Assembly (NCBI GenBank): GCA_047456305.1
Contig: CP179888.1
Coordinates: 189,307-253,306 of the forward strand
DNA length: 64,000 nucleotides
Direction of reading: 5' to 3'
Origin: Candidatus Nealsonbacteria bacterium
Lineage (GTDB): Bacteria > Patescibacteriota > Minisyncoccia > Minisyncoccales > CAZKCU01
Positions 8,670-17,708 of this stretch are shown in pieces; position 1 is the stretch's first letter; each line of letters starts with the position of its first letter. The notes beneath the pieces were generated by a model that made no database searches, was not told the origin of the DNA, and worked only from the letters and a program-made list of their open reading frames with translations. Both the position numbers and the translations under genes were made by a program.

Positions 8670-9719
8670 ATGATAATTTTAGCTATTGAAACTTCTTGTG
8701 ATGATACCTGTATAGCAATAGTAGAAGCTAAGGGACAGAAAAAACCTTGTTTTAGTATCTTGTCCAATATTGTTTCCTCCCAGGTAAAAATTCACCAGAA
8801 ATGGGGAGGAGTATATCCAACATTAGCAAAAAGAGAACATCAGAAAAATTTGCCTTTGGTATTGAAAAGAGCTTTAAACAAAGCCAAGGACCCAAAAGCT
8901 GATTTAGTTGCCATAACTGTTGGGCCAGGATTAGATCCTTGTTTGTGGACAGGAGTGAATTTTGCTAAAGATTTAGCCAAAAAATTAGACCTGTCAATAA
9001 TTCCTGTAAATCATATTGAGGCTCATATCTATGCCAACTGGCTTTCGCCGGTTGGCATATCTCAAATCTTTCCTGCGATTTGTTTAGTGGTTAGTGGAGG
9101 GCATACTCAATTGATTTTAATGAAAAATCACGGAAATTACCAAATCCTCGGTGAAACAAGAGATGACGCGGCTGGCGAATGCTTTGATAAAATAGCCAGA
9201 ATTTTAGGGTTAGGATATCCCGGCGGTCCATTAATTGCTGCCGAGGCAGCAAAACTAAAAACTAAAAACTATCAACTAAAAATTAAATTGCCGAGGCCGA
9301 TGATCTACCAAAGAAATTATGATTTCAGTTTTTCAGGGCTAAAAACAGCAGTTTTATATAATTTCAAAAGCCAATCAGAAAAAATCAGGAAATCAAAAAA
9401 ATATATCCAAGCAATATCTGCTGAAGCTCAACAAGCAATAGTTGATGTTTTGATTAAAAAAACCATTCGAGCTGCCAAAGATTATAAAGCAAAAACTATA
9501 ATTCTTGGCGGCGGGGTTGTAGCCAATAATGAATTGCGTAAGCAATTTATGTCAAATGTCAAATGTCAAATGTCAAATGTCAAATTCTTGGTTCCGCCAA
9601 AAAAATTCTGTACTGATAATGCGACAATAGTGGCGGTAGCTGGCTATTTTCATTACTTAAGAGTTGAAATCAAAAATTGGCAAGAAATTAAAGCTGAAGC
9701 TAACCTCAGGATATGTTAA
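8670..9719 (+). CDS. tsaD: tRNA N6-adenosine threonylcarbamoyltransferase TsaD
   Basis: Motifs 'ILAIETSCDDT', 'VGPGLDPCL', 'PVNHIEAHI', 'VSGGHTQL' and 'CTDNA'. The ORF-track start (TTG 8634) is the -35 box, so ATG 8670 is preferred. Contains a heptamer tandem repeat at 9549-9585. Confidence 0.9.
   Translation: MIILAIETSCDDTCIAIVEAKGQKKPCFSILSNIVSSQVKIHQKWGGVYPTLAKREHQKNLPLVLKRALNKAKDPKADLVAITVGPGLDPCLWTGVNFAKDLAKKLDLSIIPVNHIEAHIYANWLSPVGISQIFPAICLVVSGGHTQLILMKNHGNYQILGETRDDAAGECFDKIARILGLGYPGGPLIAAEAAKLKTKNYQLKIKLPRPMIYQRNYDFSFSGLKTAVLYNFKSQSEKIRKSKKYIQAISAEAQQAIVDVLIKKTIRAAKDYKAKTIILGGGVVANNELRKQFMSNVKCQMSNVKFLVPPKKFCTDNATIVAVAGYFHYLRVEIKNWQEIKAEANLRIC
9549..9585 (+). repeat. tandem heptamer (ATGTCAA) x5.3 inside tsaD
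   Basis: atgtcaaatgtcaaatgtcaaatgtcaaatgtcaaat, translated as MSNVKCQMSNVKF in a region that looks like an insertion into the TsaD C-terminal part. Confidence 0.95.
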
Positions 9720-9728
9720 AATAAATCT

Positions 9729-11804
9729 ATGGAACTTCCAAAAGTCTACAATCCTAAAAAAGTTGAAAGGAAAATTTACAATCTCTGGGAAAAGAGTGGC
9801 TTTTTTAATCCTGATAAATTGCCTAAGTCACATAAAAAACCTTATTGCATTGTCATTCCGCCGCCAAATATTACCGGTTCCTTGCACATGGGTCACGCCC
9901 TGAATGTGACTTTGCAGGATATTTTAATCCGCTGGAAACGGCTTCAGGGATATAAAACTCTCTGGCTTCCAGGAACCGACCATGCCGGTATTGCCACTCA
10001 ATACGTGGTGGAAAAAGAACTAAAAAAAGCAGGTATTACTCGTTTTGATTTGGGCCGAGAAAAATTTATTAAAAGAGTTTGGCAATGGAGAAAAAAGTAT
10101 GGAAATATCATTTTGGAACAATTTAAGCAATTGGGCTGTTCTTTAGATTGGACGAGAACCCGTTTTACCATGGACAAAGATTATGTTCGGGCAGTGGAAA
10201 CTGCCTTTCAACACTATTATAAAAATGGTTGGATTTACAAAGGAAAGAGGGTGGTCAATTGGTGCCCGAGGTGCCAAACTTCATTGTCTGATTTGGAAAT
10301 TGAATACAAAGAAGAAAAAGGGAAATTATGGCGTATTAAATATCCGCTAGCAAAAAAAGTCGAAAGTCGAAAGTCGAAAGTCATTGTGGTGGCGACAACC
10401 AGGCCGGAAACAATGCTGGGAGATACGGCAGTAGCAGTAAATCCTAAAGATAAAAGATACAAAGATTTAATCGGCAAAAAAGCAATTTTGCCTTTAGTTA
10501 ATCGTAAAATTCCCATTATTGCTGATAGACTGGTGGACCCTGAATTTGGAACAGGAGCGGTAAAAATTACTCCGGCTCACGATTTAAATGATTACGAAAT
10601 TTCTTTGAGGCACAATTTACCAATGGTTCAAGTGATTGATGAAAAAGCTAAGATAACCAAAGAGGCTCCTCTTCCCTATCAGGGGATGAAGATTTTTGAA
10701 GCTCGCCAAAAAGTGATAAAAGACTTAAAAGAACTGGGGCTTTTAGAAAAAGTTGAAGATTATACTCACCAAATTCCCAAATGTTATCGCTGTTCTGCCA
10801 TTTTAGAATTAATTCCTTCTGAGCAATGGTTTTTGAAAATGAAAGAACTTGGCAAAATGGCAATTGGGGCAGTGAAATCAGAGAAAGTGAAATTTATTTC
10901 CAAGAGTTTTGAGAAAATTTATTTTGATTGGTTAAAAAACATAAAAGATTGGTGCGTCTCTCGTCAGATTTGGTGGGGCCATAAAATTCCTCTCACAGAT
11001 ACCAAGGATGTCTTAGATACCTGGTTTTCTTCAGCCCTTTGGCCTTTTGCTACTTTAGGTTGGCCAAAAAAAACAAAAGACCTCAAAAAATTTTATCCAA
11101 CTGATACTCTTATTACTGACCGGGGTATTATTAATCTTTGGGTGGCTAGAATGATTTTTTCTGGAATGGAATTTATGAAAAAAGTTCCGTTTAAAAATGT
11201 CTATATCCATGCCACAGTCTTAACCAGGGAAGGAAAAAGAATGTCAAAATCTCTTGGCACAGGAGTGGACCCAATAAATCTTATTGAAAAATACGGGGCC
11301 GATGCCACTCGTTTTGGGATTGCCTGGCAAATTATGGGAGGGCAAGATATAAGATTTGTGGAAGATAATATTGTAATGGGGAGAAAATTTTGTAATAAGA
11401 TTTGGAATGCAACACGCTTTATTTTGCTACAAATCAAAACCAACGGAGAACGGTTCTCCGCTAATCTAAGAAAGGGTAAAAATTTAACGGCTGCCGATAA
11501 AAGAATATTGAAGCTATTAGATAAAACAATAAAACAGGCTAATAAATATTTAGAGAGTTTTCAATTTGGTAAGGCGGCTCATATACTTTATGATTTTTTC
11601 TGGCATGACTTCTGCGACATATATATTGAAAGAGCTAAAATCCAGAAAGATAAAAAAAATACCCAAAAAATATTATTATATGTATTACTAAATTCTCTAA
11701 AACTTCTGCATCCTTTTATGCCCTTTATCACCGAAGAAATCTATCAAAAATTGCCGATTAAAAATAAAAAAAGGTCTCTAATGATTGAGGAATGGCCCAA
11801 ATAG
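9729..11804 (+). CDS. valS: valine--tRNA ligase (compact form, no C-terminal coiled coil)
   Basis: Motifs 'PPPNITGSLHMGHAL' (HIGH), 'TTRPETMLGD', 'DVLDTWFSS' and 'RMSKSLG' (KMSKS). 691 aa. Contains a heptamer repeat at 10356-10382. Confidence 0.9.
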   Translation: MELPKVYNPKKVERKIYNLWEKSGFFNPDKLPKSHKKPYCIVIPPPNITGSLHMGHALNVTLQDILIRWKRLQGYKTLWLPGTDHAGIATQYVVEKELKKAGITRFDLGREKFIKRVWQWRKKYGNIILEQFKQLGCSLDWTRTRFTMDKDYVRAVETAFQHYYKNGWIYKGKRVVNWCPRCQTSLSDLEIEYKEEKGKLWRIKYPLAKKVESRKSKVIVVATTRPETMLGDTAVAVNPKDKRYKDLIGKKAILPLVNRKIPIIADRLVDPEFGTGAVKITPAHDLNDYEISLRHNLPMVQVIDEKAKITKEAPLPYQGMKIFEARQKVIKDLKELGLLEKVEDYTHQIPKCYRCSAILELIPSEQWFLKMKELGKMAIGAVKSEKVKFISKSFEKIYFDWLKNIKDWCVSRQIWWGHKIPLTDTKDVLDTWFSSALWPFATLGWPKKTKDLKKFYPTDTLITDRGIINLWVARMIFSGMEFMKKVPFKNVYIHATVLTREGKRMSKSLGTGVDPINLIEKYGADATRFGIAWQIMGGQDIRFVEDNIVMGRKFCNKIWNATRFILLQIKTNGERFSANLRKGKNLTAADKRILKLLDKTIKQANKYLESFQFGKAAHILYDFFWHDFCDIYIERAKIQKDKKNTQKILLYVLLNSLKLLHPFMPFITEEIYQKLPIKNKKRSLMIEEWPK
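10356..10382 (+). repeat. tandem heptamer (AAAGTCG) x~4 inside valS
   Basis: aaagtcgaaagtcgaaagtcgaaagtc, encoding KVESRKSKV just upstream of the conserved 'VATTRPET'. Confidence 0.95.
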
Positions 11805-11912
11805 TCGATGAAGGATTCGCCTTCATCTCCACCTTCGCCACCTTCGGTGGCTCGGTGTTTAATGGTTGAAATCTGGCCCAAGCCATTTTCTTAATTGCGA
11901 AGCAAATTAAAA

Positions 11913-12653
11913 ATGAACTATTTTTTCTTAATCATCTTAGCTTTTTTGCCTAGTATTATCTGGCTTCTTTTTTATCTCCGTAAGGACGCTCATCCTGAAT
12001 CAAATCAGATGATTTTAAAAATTTTCTTTTATGGAATGTTGGCAGCTATTCCAGCAGCTTTAATCGAGCTGGGAATTTTTGAGGTCTTTAATAAATTAAG
12101 CCCACTCATTTCTAAATGGGTAGGGATAAATCTTTCTTCAATCCTTATCACCATCTTAAGTATTTTTATTGGAGTAGCTTTAATTGAGGAAATTATAAAA
12201 TATTTAGTAGTTAAAGAAAAAGTCTTAAATAATCCAGAATTTGATGAACCAGTGGACGCCATGCTTTATATGATAATTGCCGCCCTGGGTTTTGCTGCTT
12301 TGGAAAATATTCTCATTTTATTTCCACTGGGTCCCGCTTTTCTAATAGGAGAAGCTTTGGCACTTATATCTCTCCGTTTTGTCGGAGCAACATTTTTACA
12401 TGCTCTTTGCTCAGGATTAGTGGGTTATTTTCTGGGATTATCTTTTTTTGAAACAAAAAAACGAGGGAAATTAATTTTGATAGGGTTGGGGATAGTTATT
12501 GTCTTGCATGGTCTCTATAATTTTTCTATAATAGTGATGAAAGAAGAGGTAAGGCTTATAATACCTATAATTATTTTAATTGGTCTTGCCATTGTTATTT
12601 CTTTTGGTTTCAAAAAGTTAAAAAAAATGGCGAGCGTCTGTAAAATTAGATAA
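11913..12653 (+). CDS. PrsW-family intramembrane metalloprotease-like protein
   Basis: Polytopic membrane protein with 'EEIIKYLVV' (ExxK) and 'FLHALCSG' (H-containing) motifs, as in PrsW. ATG 11913 is preferred over the TTG at 11895, which lies in a hairpin repeat. Confidence 0.6.
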   Translation: MNYFFLIILAFLPSIIWLLFYLRKDAHPESNQMILKIFFYGMLAAIPAALIELGIFEVFNKLSPLISKWVGINLSSILITILSIFIGVALIEEIIKYLVVKEKVLNNPEFDEPVDAMLYMIIAALGFAALENILILFPLGPAFLIGEALALISLRFVGATFLHALCSGLVGYFLGLSFFETKKRGKLILIGLGIVIVLHGLYNFSIIVMKEEVRLIIPIIILIGLAIVISFGFKKLKKMASVCKIR

Positions 12654-12663
12654 AAAAACGCGG

Positions 12664-12706
12664 AACCGTTCGCTCAGCTCTACTGTAATTTGCTTCGCAA
12701 ATTAAA
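12664..12706 (+). repeat. 43-nt inverted repeat, left arm (upstream of hsp20)
   Basis: aaccgttcgctcagctctactgtaatttgcttcgcaaattaaa matches the reverse complement of 13521-13563 at 40 of 43 positions. It contains the hairpin AATTTGC-TTC-GCAAATT. A partial inverted copy lies at 11891-11912. Confidence 0.9.
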
Positions 12707-12707
12707 T

Positions 12708-13361
12708 ATGTCTTTTCTCGAAAAATTAAAAACCAAGCTTCCGAAGGAAGCGAAGGTGGAAAAGAAGACGAAGTCTTCTTTGACTAAAGGAATAGGGATT
12801 GAAAAAGAATTTGAGGAAAAACTGAAATCCGGTCCAAATTTTGCCGTCCAAAATTCAGAAAAGCCTGCCCCTCCGAATTTTGTTGCCAAAAGCCTGGAGG
12901 AATCTGATCAAACAAAAGAAAAGTCAAAAGAGAAAAAGAGATTAAAAGTTAAAGAGAAATTCACTAAATCTAAGCCAGAGATCCAGGAAGCAATAAAAGA
13001 AGGAAAAATTAAAAAAGAAAAGTGGTTTGAGGCAGAAGGAGAGTTGGCGGTTGATGTTTATCAAACAGAGAAAGAACTTGTTATCCTTTCTGCTATTGCT
13101 GGCCTGAAGCCAGAAGACATAAATATTTCTGGCCAAGGAGACGTAGTGATAATAAGAGGGAGGCGGGAAAGACCAGTTAAAGATGAAGAAAGAAATTATT
13201 TTTATCAGGAATGTTACTGGGGACCATTTTCAAAAGAAATTATTTTACCAGTAGAAGCTGACATCTCCAAAGCTGAAGCTTCAATGACAGAAGGGATTTT
13301 GATTATAAGAATACCGAAAATTGAAAGAGAAAAGGAAAAGAAAATAATAGTTAAAGAATAA
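12708..13361 (+). CDS. Hsp20/alpha-crystallin family small heat-shock protein with Lys/Glu-rich N-terminal extension
   Basis: C-terminal alpha-crystallin domain 'LAVDVYQTEKELVILSAIAGLKPEDINISGQGDVVIIRGRR ... GILIIRIPK'. ATG 12708 is preferred over the upstream TTG. Confidence 0.8.
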   Translation: MSFLEKLKTKLPKEAKVEKKTKSSLTKGIGIEKEFEEKLKSGPNFAVQNSEKPAPPNFVAKSLEESDQTKEKSKEKKRLKVKEKFTKSKPEIQEAIKEGKIKKEKWFEAEGELAVDVYQTEKELVILSAIAGLKPEDINISGQGDVVIIRGRRERPVKDEERNYFYQECYWGPFSKEIILPVEADISKAEASMTEGILIIRIPKIEREKEKKIIVKE

Positions 13362-13396
13362 ATAATTTTCTTCCCCTTTCATTCTCTTTCAGCAGC

Positions 13397-13428
13397 AAAA
13401 AGTCACTGTGCTCAGCGCAGTGGCTTTT
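13397..13428. terminator. bidirectional rho-independent terminator between hsp20 and tRNA-Leu
   Basis: AAAAAGTCACTG-(loop)-CAGTGGCTTTTT, an 8-bp stem flanked by A and T runs. Confidence 0.65.
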
Positions 13429-13515
13429 TGGTGCTGGGGAGGAGATTCGAACTCCTATGATCTTACGATCGATAGCTCCTAAAGCTATTACGTCTACCAA
13501 TTCCGTCACCCCAGC
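13429..13515 (-). tRNA. tRNA-Leu(UAG), type II, CCA encoded
   Basis: 87 nt. Acceptor GCTGGGG/CCCCAGC, anticodon stem ATAGC/GCTAT, loop TTTAGGA, long variable arm, T-loop GTTCGAATC, 3' ACCA. Confidence 0.85.
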
Positions 13516-13520
13516 ACTTT

Positions 13521-13563
13521 TTTAATTTACGAAGTAAATTACAGTAGAGCTGAACGAACGGTT
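13521..13563 (-). repeat. 43-nt inverted repeat, right arm (upstream of tRNA-Leu on the minus strand)
   Basis: The reverse complement reads aaccgttcgttcagctctactgtaatttacttcgtaaattaaa. Pairs with 12664-12706. Confidence 0.9.
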
Positions 13564-13639
13564 ATTAATTATCTTACCTCTAAACTATATAAAAATCCGC
13601 CTTTTCGTTCTTCCCGAAAAAAGATAATTTCGCTCCTTT

Positions 13640-14047
13640 CTATGTAATGCCGACTATAAGTTTGACAATGCCTGGAACAGCTTTGGCTACAAAGCCAATG
13701 GCTAGTCCAATCATTGCATAAATGATATAATTTCTTCCGGTGACTATTCTGTCAGGCATACCGGCAGCGGTCAGAAGAAAAATGGCTCCCATAATTACAA
13801 AGACGGTGGCAAGGGCTAACAAAAAAACAAATATCCAATCAGTAACATTATAGATAGCTTGTAACATACAACAGGCCCCCCAGTCCTCTATCGATACAAA
13901 ATCACCGATTGGACAAGTACGACCATCTGGAAGTATTATCGTTTTAGTTATTTTACATGTCTTAGGAACCTGAGCTAAAATTAAAGTCGGGAAAAATAAG
14001 AAAGCTAAAATACTTAACAAAACCAAAACTGAAAAGATTTTTTTCAT
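13640..14047 (-). CDS. VirB2/TrbC-like (T4SS-pilin-like) small secreted membrane protein
   Basis: 135 aa. Signal peptide (MKKIFSVLVLLSILAFLFFPTLILAQ), a Cys-containing segment, then two TM helices joined by the loop 'LLTAAGMPDRIVTGRN'. Same architecture as 14108-14455 and 58731-59273. Confidence 0.55.
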   Translation of the reverse strand: MKKIFSVLVLLSILAFLFFPTLILAQVPKTCKITKTIILPDGRTCPIGDFVSIEDWGACCMLQAIYNVTDWIFVFLLALATVFVIMGAIFLLTAAGMPDRIVTGRNYIIYAMIGLAIGFVAKAVPGIVKLIVGIT

Positions 14048-14107
14048 TTTTACTCTTTATATTTTTAAGTTTTTTTACTCGACCTTTGCTTTTTAAAAAT
14101 CTTATTT

Positions 14108-14455
14108 TTAAGGTGATGGGGGTGAAACTCCTATTATTTCTCTTAACACAGAAATTAGGCCCTTGGCAAGTAAAATAATGGCTAATCCGATTAATGTCCA
14201 TAAAATTATTTTCTTAGCTGTCTCAATTCTTTTAGGATCTCCACCGGCTGTTAAAAAGAAAAATGCAGCAATCATTATCATTATGGGAGCAATGGCTATA
14301 GCAACCCAAAAAATAAAATTGACAATTGCATTTAGAAGGTCTTCGAAACTCTCAGCTTCTAATGGATTTTCAATTTCAATAATCTGAGCCATTAAAACAG
14401 AAGTGGGTAGTAAGGTTAAAGTTCCAATAAAAATTAATAAAAATATTTTTTTCAT
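14108..14455 (-). CDS. VirB2/TrbC-like (T4SS-pilin-like) small secreted membrane protein
   Basis: 115 aa. Signal peptide ending 'LMAQ', then two TM helices joined by 'FLTAGGDPKRIETAKK'. Paralogous motif (F)L(T/F)AGG(D/S)P...AK..I....IGLAI. Confidence 0.55.
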   Translation of the reverse strand: MKKIFLLIFIGTLTLLPTSVLMAQIIEIENPLEAESFEDLLNAIVNFIFWVAIAIAPIMIMIAAFFFLTAGGDPKRIETAKKIILWTLIGLAIILLAKGLISVLREIIGVSPPSP

Positions 14456-14475
14456 TGTTTTATTTTACTCCATTT

Positions 14476-14994
14476 CTAATTTTTAGTAAATACCAAACCA
14501 TAATGGTAAGCTCCGGCTGTAAATTCCTTCTTAAGTTTAAGTTTAGCATCTTTTGCCATTTTTTTGACTGAATCTGCTGAAACCCTTCCTTTTTTAGGGC
14601 CGAAGGGAATTTTGGGTAGCCAATCAACAACTAAAATTTCTCCTCCTTTTTTTAAAATCCTTTTTGCTTCAGAAAAGACCCTTTTTTTATTTTCTATCTG
14701 AAACAAAAGATTGGTCATTAGAACTAAATTACAACTTTTTTCAATAATATCCACCTTTTTTTCTACATTGGCACGAATTGTTTCAATATTTAAAACTTTC
14801 TCCAGTTTTGCCCTGCTTTGAAGAGCGGAAAGCGGCTCCTCTAAGATATCAATAGCATAGACTTTCCCTTCCTCCAATCTTTTAGCCAAAGGAATAACCC
14901 AACCGCCAGAACCACAACCAAAATCACAAGCTGTCATATCTTCTCGCAAATTAATATTATTTAATACTTTATTTGGATTTAGAAAACCCTCCAT
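14476..14994 (-). CDS. class I SAM-dependent methyltransferase
   Basis: 172 aa. Motif I 'ACDFGCGSGGWVIPLA', an acidic loop 'VYAIDI' and post-I/II motifs. Confidence 0.75.
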   Translation of the reverse strand: MEGFLNPNKVLNNINLREDMTACDFGCGSGGWVIPLAKRLEEGKVYAIDILEEPLSALQSRAKLEKVLNIETIRANVEKKVDIIEKSCNLVLMTNLLFQIENKKRVFSEAKRILKKGGEILVVDWLPKIPFGPKKGRVSADSVKKMAKDAKLKLKKEFTAGAYHYGLVFTKN

Positions 14995-14995
14995 T

Positions 14996-17491
14996 TTAAA
15001 TATATACAGATGAAGCCACCCGGTCTCCTTCTTCTAATCTCATTATTTTCACTCCCTGAGTAGCCCTTGATAACTTTGCAATGGTGGCTATTTTAGTTCT
15101 TATCACCTGCCCTTTCTGAGAAATAACGATTAAATCCTCTTCCAATCCTGACAAAATCTTGGAAGCTATCAAATCCCCGGTTTTTGAAATTATTTTCGCT
15201 GTTTTAATCCCTGAACCTCCCCTCTTCTGCAATCTGTACTCTCTTAAATCAGTTCTTTTCCCATATCCATTTTCAGTCACCACTAATAAATAATTTTTTT
15301 CCTTTTTTAAACTTTTAACTTTCAACTTTGAACTTTGAACTTTTATTATGTCCATCCCCACTACCTTATCTCCCTTTCTTAGTCTAATTCCTTTCACGCC
15401 CGCGGCCTGCCTTCCCATTTCCCTAATATCTTGTTCTTTAAATCGGATGGTCTGCCCTTTTTTTGTCGTTAAAATTACCTCATCCTGGCCAGTACTTTTA
15501 CAAACTTTCTTCAACAAATCATTTTTTTTAAGAGTTATGGCGGTTAATCCTGATTTTCGAACATTTTTAAATTCCTCAAGTTTAGTTTTCTTAATTATAC
15601 CATTTTGGGTAACCATTACTAAATATTTTATACTCTGATCAGCATCTACTTTCCCTAAGGGAAAAATAGATAAAACTTTTTCTTGCTGAGTTATTTCCAG
15701 AAAATTGAGAAGACCTCGCCCCCTGGCCACTCGAGTTCCTTCAGGGATTTCATAAACAAAAGTTCTAAAGACTTTTCCCGAATCAGTAAAGAAAAATAAA
15801 GAATCATGGGTATTAGCTAAAAGAAAATGCTCAACAATGTCATCTTGTAAGGTTTTCATCCCTAAAATTCCCTTACCTCCTCTTCTTTGAATTTTATAAA
15901 CAGTAGGATTTATTCTTTTAATGTAGCCCCCCTGGGTTAAGGTAATAATTGTCTCTTCTTCGGGGACTAAATCTTCTAAAGACAGCTCACCAATTTTTTG
16001 AGTACTTACTTTTGTTCTTCTTTCATCCCCAAAATTCTCCTTCAAAACCTTCAATTCTTTTTTAATAACCTCTTTTATTTTTTGAGCGCTTTTTAGAATT
16101 GCTGTTAATTCTCGAATCTCTTTTCTTTTTTGAATTAACTCCTCTTCAATTTTTTTTCGCTCAAGTTTGGCCAAGGTTGAAAGCTTTGTCTCCAGAATAG
16201 CATTGGCTTGAATCTCAGTTAATTTAAATCGTTTTATAAGATTTTTCTGGGCCTCTCCGCGGTCAGCCGAAGCTTTAATTGTTTTAATAACAGCATCGAT
16301 TTTAGTTAGACATTTATCTAATCCTTCTAAAATATGGGTTCTCTCTTTAGCTTTTTCTAAATCAAACTTTGTTCTCAGATATATTACTTCTTTTCGGTGT
16401 GAAATGAAGTAATTTAAGACTTCATTCAAGGGTAAAACTCTGGGCTGGATTCTTTCTACCAGGGCTAACATGTTCAGATAAAAAGTTTTTTGAAGATCGG
16501 TGAATTTATAAAGACGGTTTAAAATCTTTTGGGGATAAGCATTTGACTTTAGGTCGATGACGATTCTCATTCCTTCTTTGTCTGATTCGTCCCTAATATC
16601 TTTAATTCCCTCAATCTTCTTTTGCTGAACTAAATCAGCAAATTGTTTTACTAAGGATGACTTTTGAACCTGAAAAGGAATTTCATTGATTATAATTCGG
16701 AGGCGGCCACTCTTTTTACTTTCAACAACTTCTGCCTTGCCTCTCATAACTATTGGTCCTTTTCCTTGAGAATAGGCAGTAATTATCTCTTTCTGGTCGT
16801 AAATTATTCCTCCAGTTGGAAAATCCGGTCCCTTAATAAATTTAAAGAGGTCAACAGTCGTAGCTTTGGGATGGTCGATTAAATAAATAGCAGCATCTGA
16901 GACTTCCGAAAGATTGTGGGGAGGAATGTTAGTAGCCATACCAACGGCAATCCCCAAAGAACCATTCAATAAAAGTTGAGGTAAGGGAGAAGGCAAAACA
17001 GTAGGTTCCTTTCTGGTAGCATCATAATTATCAACAAAATCAACTGTATTTTTTTCAATGTCTTTAAGCATCTCTTCGCCAATTTTTGAGAGCCGAGCTT
17101 CGGTGTAGCGTTGGCTGGCCGGAGGATCTGAATCTAAACTTCCAAAATTTCCTTGACCATCAATAAGTGGATAACGCAATGAGAAATCCTGAGCCATTCT
17201 CGCTAATGCCTCATAAATTGGGGCATCTCCGTGAGGATGGAAAGTCCCCATGCAAAAACCCGTAACTGCTGCCGATTTTCGGTATTTAGCTGCGTGACCT
17301 AATCCCATCTCATGCATGGCATACAAAATTCTCCGATGAACTGGCTTTAATCCATCTCTAACATCGGGTAAGGCCCGAGAAACAATTACTGACATGGCAT
17401 AATCGATATAGCTTTCTTTCATCTCCTCAGTTATTTCCCGGGGCTTGATATAGCCTATTTCAGTTGTTGTTTTTTGAGAGTTATTCTTCAT
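14996..17491 (-). CDS. gyrA: DNA gyrase subunit A
   Basis: 831 aa. '[14 protein letters not shown]' and 'YHPHGD'-type '[13 protein letters not shown]', the catalytic region 'ARYTEARL' ([10 protein letters not shown]), and C-terminal beta-pinwheel repeats. Carries a heptamer repeat at 15310-15344. Confidence 0.95.
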   Translation of the reverse strand: MKNNSQKTTTEIGYIKPREITEEMKESYIDYAMSVIVSRALPDVRDGLKPVHRRILYAMHEMGLGHAAKYRKSAAVTGFCMGTFHPHGDAPIYEALARMAQDFSLRYPLIDGQGNFGSLDSDPPASQRYTEARLSKIGEEMLKDIEKNTVDFVDNYDATRKEPTVLPSPLPQLLLNGSLGIAVGMATNIPPHNLSEVSDAAIYLIDHPKATTVDLFKFIKGPDFPTGGIIYDQKEIITAYSQGKGPIVMRGKAEVVESKKSGRLRIIINEIPFQVQKSSLVKQFADLVQQKKIEGIKDIRDESDKEGMRIVIDLKSNAYPQKILNRLYKFTDLQKTFYLNMLALVERIQPRVLPLNEVLNYFISHRKEVIYLRTKFDLEKAKERTHILEGLDKCLTKIDAVIKTIKASADRGEAQKNLIKRFKLTEIQANAILETKLSTLAKLERKKIEEELIQKRKEIRELTAILKSAQKIKEVIKKELKVLKENFGDERRTKVSTQKIGELSLEDLVPEEETIITLTQGGYIKRINPTVYKIQRRGGKGILGMKTLQDDIVEHFLLANTHDSLFFFTDSGKVFRTFVYEIPEGTRVARGRGLLNFLEITQQEKVLSIFPLGKVDADQSIKYLVMVTQNGIIKKTKLEEFKNVRKSGLTAITLKKNDLLKKVCKSTGQDEVILTTKKGQTIRFKEQDIREMGRQAAGVKGIRLRKGDKVVGMDIIKVQSSKLKVKSLKKEKNYLLVVTENGYGKRTDLREYRLQKRGGSGIKTAKIISKTGDLIASKILSGLEEDLIVISQKGQVIRTKIATIAKLSRATQGVKIMRLEEGDRVASSVYI
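15310..15344 (-). repeat. tandem heptamer (AACTTTN on + strand) x5 inside gyrA
   Basis: aactttt aactttc aactttg aactttg aactttt, translated on the minus strand as '[13 protein letters not shown]' within the C-terminal domain. Confidence 0.9.
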
Positions 17492-17708
17492 TGATTTCTG
17501 GTATCTCTAATTTTGGTAATTCTTTTAATTTTTCATTAAAAGAAGGTATTTTAAATTCTTTTTGAAAAGCTTCTCCTTTAAAGCTTTTTATTCTTTGTTG
17601 AAAACTCTTAACCCACCAAATCAGAAGCGAAAATCCAATAATAACAACTACTGACCAAAGGATTATTTTTCTTATATATTCTGGTTGATTCCGAAGTTTT
17701 TGTAACAT
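17481..17708 (-). CDS. small membrane protein, unknown function
   Basis: 75 aa with one TM helix ([19 protein letters not shown]). Overlaps the gyrA start by 11 nt and abuts the upstream MBL gene, so it is probably operonic. Confidence 0.4.
   Translation of the reverse strand: MLQKLRNQPEYIRKIILWSVVVIIGFSLLIWWVKSFQQRIKSFKGEAFQKEFKIPSFNEKLKELPKLEIPEINEE

Noticed and set aside
12690-12707. RNA thermometer (ROSE/fourU-like) controlling hsp20
   Set aside because: The hairpin AATTTGC-TTC-GCAAATT sits just before the ATG. However, the same element also precedes tRNA-Leu and the prsW-like gene, and it does not sequester a recognisable Shine-Dalgarno sequence. The evidence is insufficient.
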